This document shows, in pieces, positions 22,401 through 31,023 of a stretch of DNA of 64,000 nucleotides. Within the stretch, counting starts at the first letter, position 1. Each line of letters starts with the position of its first letter. This DNA comes from Mantamonas sphyraenae STR306. Lineage: Eukaryota > Protista > CRuMs. Where the stretch lies: contig JAPMXV010000011.1 in assembly GCA_026936335.1 (NCBI GenBank), positions 226,544 to 290,543 on the forward strand, in the 5' to 3' direction. The notes below the pieces were generated by a model, which was not told where the DNA came from, ran no database searches, and saw nothing but the letters and a program-made list of their open reading frames with translations. The translations under genes and the position numbers were made by a program.

Positions 22401-25400
22401 CACCGTTTCAAACGTCACCGCGCCGGCCGCCGTCAGCTGCGACGGATCCGTCTGGCCGTTTGTGGACACGCGAACGTCATATGTCCCTGTGGGCAGGCTC
22501 GGCACGGTGCATACAACATGGGTCGCATTCAGCCTGGTTGCAGCCACACTTGTCGAGCCAAACTGAACGACGGTGTTGCCCGTCTCGATGAACCCGGAGC
22601 CAACAAGCGTCACCGGCACAGCCAAGCGAGCTGGAGAGATGGCTGGTTGGATCGTGTGCACCACGGGGCCACCTCCTGTTGTCAGGAACATCCCAGAGTT
22701 GTTTGTGTAGGTCTGACCATTGGTGGTCATCTCTACGGCCACGGTGCCGTTGGGCATGTTGTTGGGACTGGTGCACACCACCGTACTGACGCTGACGTAT
22801 GTGGCAGACACCTCCTGCTGCGCAAAGCGGCACTTGAGATTGGCGGCCGTGTCGTTGAACCCGTGGCCGCTCAGGGTGACCACCGTGCCTCCTTTCCACG
22901 GACCCCACTGAGGCGAAAGACCAGTCAGGCGGAAGGCTGTCAGGCTCAACCACTCGCTCCACTGTTGGCCATTTAGGGCCACCGCCACTTGGGCCCAGCC
23001 GCTGTGCTCCAACACGGGCAATTGCGCTTGGATTTGGGTGGCCGCTTGCCATGCACCGGCCACTGTCACGACTTGGCTCGACGGCGCAGGTGTACGCACT
23101 CGCACACGTATCTCGTTGCCTGTGTCTGCAAACGTTTTGCCTCCTCCGGCAGGGGCCAGATTCAACGTGATACCTGGAATGCCTGCTGGCACTGTGCTGG
23201 GTGTCACCGAGCCCAAGCCGTGCTCTGGGTACAGGAAGAAGGGTACTGTGTGGGCAAGGTACTGCCCTCCATTGGGTGACACCGAGATGTTGGCCAGTAG
23301 CGTTGCTCCCGCCGATAGGGCGCCGATTGCAAACGGTTGAGTGGTGGCCAAAATGGACTGTTCGGGGTCAAAACTCGCCGCGTACTCTTGGGAAGCTGTG
23401 GCATCTGAGGGGACGATGCGAACGCGTGGCTGGTCGCGGCCGTTGACCAGACCCGTGCCGCGTACGACGATCTGTGTGAAGCCTGTGTCCAAGCCCGAGC
23501 GAGGGGTCACCGAGGTCAACACAGTGGAATACGCTGTGAAATTGCCTCCTGACGCCGTGTGCCAGTGCTGGCCGTCCAGTGAGATGCGCACGGGCGAAGG
23601 GCCGACTTGCATGTTTGCAGCGGTCACGCAGACAATTTGTGTTGCGCTGAGCTGCGTGGGTGTGCTCAACTGTCCGCCGATACTGCATCGAGCAGTCTCT
23701 CGTGAGCGTGGAGACAGTTGCACGCTGTCGACAGCCACCACGGTGCCTCCCGACGTCGGCCCGCTCTTTCGTGCAAACGTGGTCACGATGGGAGAGAATA
23801 CCTCCATGGTAGGTGGGATGTAGCCTGATCCGGTGATGTTGGTGGGCACGAGGACACTGACGTTGCCAAGGGCTGAAAACACAGGTGTCGTGCAGGTGAT
23901 GCGTGAGGCGGACAAGCGCACACAATTGACGCCTGCAAGCTCGGTACCATTCTCTGTGCGCCACACCGGTTGTACATCCACTGGAAACAGGTTGCCTGTC
24001 AGATCGACGACTGTTCCGCCCTGAATTGGGGTCACAACTGGCTGAACAAACGAAACCACGGGGAAGGTGGCATTGCAATCTGTCTGCCCTGGCAAGAATG
24101 AGGTGGTGTCACCTGCACACGCGGTGCAGGTAGTCGCGCCCGCTTGGCCGTATGTGCCGATAGGGCAGGCCGAGCACTCGGTCAGAGACTTGTCGTAGGC
24201 GTTGCGAGGAGCCAGCACGGAGCCGCTGATACTCCCTGGTTCACACGTGGCATTGGTGGGCCTGAAAGCAGACAAAAGGATGCGAGTGTCACTTCCTCCT
24301 GTTGAGGTGAACCCTGTGATGTCCTGCGGGACGACGCCCACGGCCCAGTACTCCCCTTTGGGACCAACGGCCACGCCGTGGGCACGGTCAAACCCAGAAG
24401 TGCCCCAGACCCGCGAAAACACCTCGATGCCATCATTGGTCAGCACGCTCAGGAAAATGTCAGCGCTTCCGTACGTGGGTGTGAAGCCCAGGCCAACACC
24501 TCCCAGGACGGAATAGCCCACGGCAACCAGCCGATTCGTGTGTGGATCTGCCGTGATTGCATGAGGACCAAACGTGTTGCGGCCCCATGCCTTTGTCCAA
24601 ACCCGTGTGCCTGAGGTTGTCCAGCGTGTGAGGAACCATTCCTGGGAGGAAGCGAGTGTCTCTCCGTCAAATGGGCTCCCTAGAGCCAACCCAGTGACAT
24701 AGACGTCACCATTGCTCCCAATAGTGATGGATTCTGCTTCCTCTGCGTTGGTTGTGCTTGAACCCCACTGGCGCGTGAACTGACGCACGCCGTCTCCGTT
24801 CCATTTCACCATCACCACATCCTGTGAGCCAAGTTTGGTTTGGCCGTCCAGCTCTCCCTGTGAGCTACCAACCACGTACACGGCACCGGATGCGTCCACG
24901 GTAGCACTGGTCACCGTCTCGGCGTTGAACGTACCCAGCATCCTGGTCCAGAGCAGCGAGCCCGTGCTGTTCCACTTGGCCACAAACATGTCCTTGTTGC
25001 CGACGTAAGGCTGTCCTTCAAGCGACGCTTGCGTATGTCCGGCAATGAATGCGTTGTTCTGCGAGTCCAAAGCCAGAGTGAACGCGCGCACCTCACCGGC
25101 GCTGGAGCCAAATCTGTGCAACCAGCGCCGGTTTCCCGAACTGTCCAAGGAAAACACAAATGCCATGTCATAGTTGGTGTTGTACGGGTCCAGGCCTCCG
25201 ACGTCGTGCGTGGTGTAGCCGGCCCCGAAAACGTGATTCTGCGCTCCAATCGCAACTCCGTACACATACTCGCTGCCGACACCGTCCAATCGATGTGACC
25301 ACTGCACAGACCCTGAAGAGTTGAACTTCATCACGAATCCGTCCCGATTGAGACGTGCCTGCCCTGCTCCGCCCTCGAGGAAGCCCGCGTAGAAGCCACC

Positions 25401-25541
25401 GATGTACACAAAGCCCTCCGGGTCCACAGCGACGGCCCATGCAAACCTTTCTTCGAGCCCATTTCCCACCATGAGTGAGGAATCTGCTTGAGCGAGATTG
25501 CAAACCATGGATAGGAGAGCGAGAAGCGCGAGGACATGCAT
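19485..25541 (-). CDS. Large single-exon cell-surface protein (~2018 aa): signal peptide, SBBP-like beta-propeller, multiple IPT/TIG domains, Cys-rich repeats, C-terminal multi-pass membrane domain
   Basis: Signal-like MHVLALLALLSMVCNLAQA. Propeller repeats of the type AVDPEGFVYIGG and DMFVAKWNSTGSLLWTR. IPT repeats (PxxGGTVVTLSG..F). CSACPIGTY and CAPGYQGILCGTCSPGY motifs. Several hydrophobic helices follow. Confidence 0.85.
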   Translation of the reverse strand: MHVLALLALLSMVCNLAQADSSLMVGNGLEERFAWAVAVDPEGFVYIGGFYAGFLEGGAGQARLNRDGFVMKFNSSGSVQWSHRLDGVGSEYVYGVAIGAQNHVFGAGYTTHDVGGLDPYNTNYDMAFVFSLDSSGNRRWLHRFGSSAGEVRAFTLALDSQNNAFIAGHTQASLEGQPYVGNKDMFVAKWNSTGSLLWTRMLGTFNAETVTSATVDASGAVYVVGSSQGELDGQTKLGSQDVVMVKWNGDGVRQFTRQWGSSTTNAEEAESITIGSNGDVYVTGLALGSPFDGETLASSQEWFLTRWTTSGTRVWTKAWGRNTFGPHAITADPHTNRLVAVGYSVLGGVGLGFTPTYGSADIFLSVLTNDGIEVFSRVWGTSGFDRAHGVAVGPKGEYWAVGVVPQDITGFTSTGGSDTRILLSAFRPTNATCEPGSISGSVLAPRNAYDKSLTECSACPIGTYGQAGATTCTACAGDTTSFLPGQTDCNATFPVVSFVQPVVTPIQGGTVVDLTGNLFPVDVQPVWRTENGTELAGVNCVRLSASRITCTTPVFSALGNVSVLVPTNITGSGYIPPTMEVFSPIVTTFARKSGPTSGGTVVAVDSVQLSPRSRETARCSIGGQLSTPTQLSATQIVCVTAANMQVGPSPVRISLDGQHWHTASGGNFTAYSTVLTSVTPRSGLDTGFTQIVVRGTGLVNGRDQPRVRIVPSDATASQEYAASFDPEQSILATTQPFAIGALSAGATLLANISVSPNGGQYLAHTVPFFLYPEHGLGSVTPSTVPAGIPGITLNLAPAGGGKTFADTGNEIRVRVRTPAPSSQVVTVAGAWQAATQIQAQLPVLEHSGWAQVAVALNGQQWSEWLSLTAFRLTGLSPQWGPWKGGTVVTLSGHGFNDTAANLKCRFAQQEVSATYVSVSTVVCTSPNNMPNGTVAVEMTTNGQTYTNNSGMFLTTGGGPVVHTIQPAISPARLAVPVTLVGSGFIETGNTVVQFGSTSVAATRLNATHVVCTVPSLPTGTYDVRVSTNGQTDPSQLTAAGAVTFETVPPFVGTITPSSASLSGGTVLSVSGINILDASVAGSLRVWIKSTPAVIVELSSTPLVFTMPSLEGKVTVGPNGYVDVEVEVSTSGGALWSGDRRTLRVYRVPAFTSVFPRVMPLAGGTSVTLEGQFASVSETTLVRLQDSDGWQSDSVAASKSTTSVTAILPAYKRTNGAGATVKVWMALNGADWFDTQVSLTVYAQPSVLSVDPDRKTPGEVADVTIQGSGFFDSGSVVVQMGAGQVFVPKRLTATEIVVESPANHSTAVHLVEVSLDNGQHYASTRGVTLSVLQDVLSCPSNTDSIRSTPLDVTDCQCKAGFFREDGRPGLACEACPENADCVGLLTQPVAKVGFFRTGERRYVRCAVESACLGGASSTCAPGYQGILCGTCSPGYFKLGNTCQPCQAGSGGTVVLLVALFILYLFFVKKQGRAGPRKNTGKVAALAITHLQVISTFGEFRLNWPDSVESTLNSFSLANFNIDTASPECSVAQGWTAETRFWTAMLLPVLLAVGLLLRVAGQYLLSRWVLANGEAFGKAHPVFCAEPDATLPKWRYALSLVRHNVSTLFTEPEMVDHETMRRLVNEMVFSMGLLYITLCTRVLEVFDCSEVREGFSVMDTSPNVQCWVEDGVHARLVAPAVLFLFVYVLGTPAAFLAVMLRARDPEIRAQPEFQQKYSTIYSKYAPHYFWFEAMVLLRKASVVGVKLFATNLPALQGLLGMVVLGGAAQLQASFHPYKTSMQNNLEGILLVESLLLLVAGMVFVTGADSAGREGWEGLTMTVAVSVVVVCAWYVGRDVWQGVQDRQREGSMSEDDKSSAAVVGRFVAAVSPFVHADYHRQLAEIAENNLTVAEMEAVEDEVRTLRTTRRGTQAAVLESAREAIHEDDVFVWGLAYGELTVLAKVLQLLGESEIGIGALSVRLKSMGRTGVNAMKRISVRRMSVPHNSASPVEELELGVVAGATSVDQEKIKQDEEPEESL

Positions 25542-26073
25542 TGCGCCAAACACAAAATTTGTGCTGGTTCTGGTCCGCCGTTTCTCGCTCTGCAACACCG
25601 CACGGATTGATGACTGCCACCTGCAACTGCTGTTTATCAAAAGTGCAGTCGCACTCATTCGTTCTGCCGAAATAATTGAAATGGGAGAGCAGGGGCAAAA
25701 TGCCGGGGAGGCAAGGACTGGACCTGCCGTTTCCAGCACTGGAGACGAAGCTTCGCGCTCCATGCATGCTCTGGGCCCCAGAAAGACGTGAGGTTGAGCT
25801 CACGTGAACAACAAGTGTGTGCGCAAGGTGATCCTCATTGGCCACGGCTAGGTGGGCGGATTTCTCCAGAGAGGAGTGTCGCTCGCAGAACAAAAGGACA
25901 TGCATGCCAACGTCGTGCTCTGTTGTTCGCCCTCGTATCTCCTCCGAGTCCGATATCCAGCAACTACAGGGTGGGACCTCACCCAACTCAGCAAATCAGG
26001 AACAAGGAGTCTTCTTCAACACAGAGCTTTTCCATCAGAATCCGAGGACAACAGACACTGCCAATTCAACAGA

Positions 26074-27417
26074 TCACTGCGTGTGTTCGGAAACCACGCT
26101 CACCGATCCCGCGTCGCCCCCAGCTCCCTGCCCAGCACCCGCATCGCTCACACCGCCCGCGCTCGACATTGCCTGTCCTTGGCCACCAGACATGGACTGC
26201 TGCTGCTGCTGCTGCTGCTGTCCCTCGCCGCCGTTGTAACCGCCGTTGCCGTTGTTGCTGCTGCTCTCGCCACCGTTGTAGCTGCCCTGGTTGCCGCCGT
26301 AGCCTCCGTCGTTGCCGCCGTAGCTTCCGTCGTTGCCACCCTGGTTGTTGCTGCTTGCGTTGTCGTACCCGGTGTTGCTGCTTCCTTCGTTGCTGTTGTT
26401 GTTGTTGCCTCCATCGTAGTCGCGAGGGCCATCGTCGCGGCGCCCGTCGTAGCCACCACGGCGGTCGTCATAGCCACCACGGCGGTCGTCGTAGCCACCA
26501 CGGCGGTCGTCATAGCCACCACGGCGGTCGTCATAGCCACCACGGCGGTCGTCATAGCCACCACGGCGGTCGTCATAGCCACCACGGCGGTCATCATAGC
26601 CACCACGGCGGTCATCATAGCCGCTTCCGCCGCGGTACGGGTGGTATCCGCCGCCATAGCGATCGCCGCCATAGCGGTCGCCGCCATAACGGTCGCCGCC
26701 ATAACGGTCGCCGCCATAACGGTCGCCGCCGTAGCGTCCGCCACCGCCACCGCGGTTGTTCGGCTCACGGCACTCGCGGGCCATGTGGCCGAAGCCGCCG
26801 CAGTTGAAGCACTTCATGCCACTCTTTCCGCTGTGTGGACCCCCAACATCATGTTGCAACCGAGTCAGTCATTGGCTGTTCCGTCCTTGTTCGCGGACCC
26901 AACGGGGCGCACTGTCCGCATCCGGCCAAATCCAACGCTTGCAGCACGGAAAAAAAGAACATGCACGTCACACTTTGCGCCTGCGCAGGGCCTGTGTGCA
27001 CGCTCAACTCACCCGCCACCGCTGGGGCAGTCACGCGCCCAGTGTCCTTCCTCGCCACAGTGGAAGCACTTGCCCTCTCCCGGGTTCCTGTGCTCGCAGG
27101 AGCCAAGTGTCAGCCGTTTGCGGCGCGCGCATCACTCACCCCCCCTCCACGCGTCGCCTTTTTGGATGCCACACCACATACTTGGGTCCCTTGGCGAACT
27201 GCACTGTCACCAGCGAGCCGTCCATGTCGCTGCCGTCCAGCTTGAGCGAGGCCTCTGCGTCGCGCTCGTCCTCAAACTCGATGAAGCCGAAGCCGTGCTT
27301 GAGATCCACGCTGCGCACTGCGCCAAACTGGATGAAGCGGTCCTCCAGGTCGCGCTTGCCTGTGCGAGGCGACAGGCCTCCAATGTAGATGCGGTTGCGA
27401 AGGGGAAGAGGTTCCAT
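26074..27417 (-). CDS. RRM + two CCHC zinc knuckles + Gly/Tyr/Arg-rich tail (RSZ/RS2Z-like RNA-binding protein), exons 27417-27182, 27087-27013, 26830-26074
   Basis: RIYIGGL (RNP2) and GFGFIEF (RNP1); [14 protein letters not shown] and [14 protein letters not shown]. Two GT-AG introns keep the frame. The 3' end may have a further intron (GTGAGC donor near 26103). Confidence 0.88.
26437..26735 (-). repeat. Coding tandem repeats: ~9 x 21 bp (GGYDDRR) and ~6 x 15 bp (RYGGD)
   Basis: Directly visible repeats (tagccaccacggcggtcgtca)n and (cggtcgccgccataa)n. Confidence 0.95.
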
Positions 27418-27490
27418 GGTTGTTGTTGTTGGTGTTTTTGGTCCTTTTTCGGGTGGCGCCTCTGGAGCAGCCTCCACCAACCCATCCTCA

Positions 27491-28942
27491 ATGTCCCAAG
27501 CTCTCTGCGCAGGCAACTGTACAGCGCCTTCGCACGGCACTTGCGACATGGCCACCGGCGAGTGCCATTGCACAGGGCCCTGGGGCGGCGTGGACTGCGG
27601 CACACCCGTTCGCGTCAACTTTGACGTCCTCTGGCTGGAAGGCTTTGCCGGCGTCACCGCCGCGTTTTTCATCTTTACCTTGCTCGTGTACACGGTTGCG
27701 CGCGTCATCTTCATCAAGGGCCGCCAGGATGACATCCTCGACGACGAAGAGTACGCTTCCCTGCCTGACGGCGAGGACGCAGACGCTGCAAGCGTTAACA
27801 AGGACTCTCTCGGTGCCGACACAGCGTCGGCCGTGTCCTGGAACAGGCGTTCCAACTGGCTGGTGGCTGCTTCCATGCTGGTCGAGGCTGTCCAGCTCAT
27901 GAGCGCCGTGTTTGCAGCTCAGCCCAGCTTTCGCTGGACCTTTTTCGCTCCTCTCAACACAGGCACCACCCTCGCCCACGTGCTTCTCTTTGACCTGTAC
28001 AACCAGGCGTGGCACGACGCCCTCATTGCCACCAGTGTTGTCAGCTTTGTCTTTGTGCTCTATGTCGTCCGCATGTTCCGCAGCCTCGACCAGCTCCTTG
28101 GCCATCCGCTCTGGCGCACCTACCTCTGCGGTTCCTGGTGGTTCTCCATCTGGGTACTCCTCCCCTACTTCCTCACCCTCCCCTTTCAGCACCTCCTCTT
28201 CTCCGCCTACGCCTGCTCCTACCATGGCCTGACACAGCTGCCCGTCCTCACCCACGACCCGTCCATCGAGTGCTGGTCCGAACACCATATGCAGCTCATC
28301 ATCCTCCCGTCTTCCGTCCTCTTTCTCCTCATCCCGGCCTGGATGGCCAGCGCCTCCAAGTGGCAGACTCTGCCCGAGGCTGCGGCGGGCACTCAGCTAC
28401 GCTTCCCTCCTCATGCTCTCCTCCTTGCCTGCTCTGCCAAGATTGCCTACTCCTTGCTCACGGTCCTCTCCCAGTTCAACACTGCCCTCTTTATCGGCGT
28501 TCAGCTCTCCATGGCCGCTCTTCTCCTTGTCCTCCTCTTTCTCTTCTGGCCCGCTGCAAACCCACATCTCAACGCCTTTCTTGCCCTCCTCAACGGCATC
28601 TGGCTCTGGCTTCTCTCTTGCACCCTACTCAACTGGTATCTTGACGGAATGCTCATTGCGGCCGAGCATATCATGAATGTGGCCGAGATTGTCTTTTTCG
28701 TCGGCCTCCTCCTCATCCTCGTCCTCCATGTCGTCTACCCGGCCAACCGCATCTACGACGCTCTCCAGCAGTGCCTCAGCGATGCCGAGCAGCGCCGCCG
28801 TGAGCGAGCTCGTCATGCGCGCGCCCCTCTGGTCACCGAGCGCAACTACCACAGCGACGATGAAAGTGAAACCACAGGCAAGAAGAAGCGCAAGAAGCGG
28901 CGCAAGAAAAAGAAGAACAAGCAGGCGCCCGAGACAAGGTGA
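27491..28942 (+). CDS. Multi-pass membrane protein with N-terminal EGF-like domain and basic C-tail
   Basis: CAGNCTAPSHGTCDMATGECHCTGPWGGVDC followed by many hydrophobic segments. Confidence 0.75.
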   Translation: MSQALCAGNCTAPSHGTCDMATGECHCTGPWGGVDCGTPVRVNFDVLWLEGFAGVTAAFFIFTLLVYTVARVIFIKGRQDDILDDEEYASLPDGEDADAASVNKDSLGADTASAVSWNRRSNWLVAASMLVEAVQLMSAVFAAQPSFRWTFFAPLNTGTTLAHVLLFDLYNQAWHDALIATSVVSFVFVLYVVRMFRSLDQLLGHPLWRTYLCGSWWFSIWVLLPYFLTLPFQHLLFSAYACSYHGLTQLPVLTHDPSIECWSEHHMQLIILPSSVLFLLIPAWMASASKWQTLPEAAAGTQLRFPPHALLLACSAKIAYSLLTVLSQFNTALFIGVQLSMAALLLVLLFLFWPAANPHLNAFLALLNGIWLWLLSCTLLNWYLDGMLIAAEHIMNVAEIVFFVGLLLILVLHVVYPANRIYDALQQCLSDAEQRRRERARHARAPLVTERNYHSDDESETTGKKKRKKRRKKKKNKQAPETR

Positions 28943-29002
28943 CACACAATCAACAACAAGGTATTTGGCTTTCTGTGGCCACTCACTCGGCTCACTCTTT
29001 GC

Positions 29003-30970
29003 TCATCCAGGCTGTCCGGCCAGACGGCGAAGATCGCCCACACGCAGGCCCTCCAGCGCAGACACACGCACCACTTCTTCTTCCATTGCCCGCTGCTGTG
29101 CCTCCTTGTCTGCTTGTGTGTTTTTCAACGACAGACGCACCTCGACCAGCTGGCTCTTCAACGCGTCCACCTGTTCTTCCAGCGCCTGCCTGGCCTGCGT
29201 CTCTTTGTTCAGTTGGACCTGCATGCCTTGGAACGCCCGCCTTTGCTGCTCTTGCATGCGCAAAAAGTCGCCTCGCATCACCACTTCGTGCTTCTCAATC
29301 ACAAAGTGCCGCTCGTCCTCCTCGCTCTCTTCACCCTCGTCGCCGTAGAGCGACTCTTGCTCCATGCCACTGTACGACGTTGCCGCACTTGCTTCACTGT
29401 ACACAGAGGCTGAGCGAGCACGTGCGTCTCCAAATCTTCGCCTTGGCGCGCTCGAGTCTCGTCCGCGCTCCACACGCAGCTGCACCTCGTGCAACACCTC
29501 CACCCCGTAGATGGGCACCCCAACTTGCACTTCCTCCAGTTCTCGTTTAACCATACGCATTCGCTCCACTGCATTCAGGCTCTCGTACGCATCCAGCTTG
29601 CGCTGAAGCTGAGACCTTGCGTTTTCTGCCTCCTCCAGCCGCAACTGGCATGCATGCAGTTCACTTGACAGCCTCTGTTCTCGCTGGGTCATTGCACTTC
29701 GCTCACGCTGGAGCCGCTGGTTCCTCGATGTCTCTCCGTGGCACACAGTGCGCAACTCCTTCAACATTTGCATCTGCGTCCATAGCTTGCTCTTGGCCTC
29801 TTCGTGCTCCTCTTGCAGCGCCTGCATGCGCATCTCGTCCCTGTGAATGCGATGGAAGCACTGACGCAGTTTGTCCACCAACTGTTTGACCCACGCTTTG
29901 AAATCGTCAAACAAAGCAAGCGTGTTCTCGGCCTCCAGCACATTGCGCCCGCCAATCATCACGCGTTCCTCGTCCTTGCCAAACACATGGTCTGACTCGC
30001 GTTTCAGGAAGGCTTCGATGCCCACACGGCTGTCTGCCATTTCACGCAAAGCCTGTGCAAATTCGCTCCGCAGCGAGTCTTCGACCCGCTTCTCATTCAG
30101 CCGCTTCTTTTCCAATTGCCCACGCAACGAGTCGCATTCCGCCTGGCTGGCTTCCAGCTGCTTCCTTTGCGCCACCACCTCGTTTGCGAGCTCGAGCAGC
30201 GTTGCCTGCACGCCAGCAGGGACAATCTCGGCTTGGGGTGCAGCTTTGTCCGTCTGCACCTCTGCGTGCACAAACATGCGCTGGCCCGAGCTCTTGAGCC
30301 TGTCAATCACTGCACCCAGCAGTTTGTTTTCGTCCTCCAACGCAACCAGCTTCTCCTGCAACTCAAACACCTCTGCTTCGCGCTCGTCGAGTTCATCCCG
30401 CAGCGCCTCGTTCTCTTCTTGCAGCTCCTCCACCACGTCCAGCTCTTCGTCTTCAGACGTGCTCGCGTACGCATCTGTGTTGGTTCCCTCCGCAGTTTGT
30501 GATTCTGGCTTCTCCGTTTCCGTGGGCGCGTGCTTCGCGCCGTCGTTGGTGGCCGAGCTGTTTGCGCGCGAACGCCGTTTGCCACCGACCTCCTCGTGTG
30601 CAGGCGGCACTTGCAGGGATTCCGTGACCCCCGGACTGCCTTGCTGGCTGTCACGCTCCATTTGCTCTTCCATCTGCTCCACGAGCTTCTCCAGATTCAG
30701 CTCAAACGAAGGCCGCGCGCGCTGAGTGCGTTCCCGCCTGGCGGAGTGTGGCCTGCGCGGCGGACGTCCACCCGATGCAGAGGATGCGTTCGAAGAAGAC
30801 CTCACACGCGATTTTGACACGGCTGCGCTGGTCGATGCCACGCTGCGACGGCGTGGGCGCTGGGAATGGCAGTGGAAAATGTGCGGGCGGATTTTTGGCG
30901 TGAGCTCGCCACAACGGTTGACAAAGATGCACTGGCCAAGAATTCAATGGAGATCACTTACACCTGTCAT
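29003..30970 (-). CDS. Coiled-coil protein, exons 30970-30962 (9 nt) and 30859-29003
   Basis: 612-codon ORF rich in E/Q/L/R heptads. ATG ACA GGT|GTAAGT..CAG splices in phase 0 to give MTGRPRRRSVAS. Confidence 0.75.
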
Positions 30971-31023
30971 GGACGCCGGCCCCACTGGTTGCAGAGTTTG
31001 AGATTGCATTGGCACTGTGCACG

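Noticed and set aside
25960-26103. Possible C/D snoRNA downstream of the RRM gene
   Set aside because: CTGA motifs are present but there is no proper RUGAUGA C box or terminal stem.
26437-26735. Regular repeats as a possible CRISPR array
   Set aside because: They are tandem in-frame coding repeats without unique spacers. The same applies to 31280-31800 and 58579-58755.
25852-27624. 590-aa plus-strand Ala/Val/Thr-rich ORF resembling a membrane or antifreeze protein
   Set aside because: It is the antisense shadow of the GGYDDRR repeats of the spliced RRM gene.
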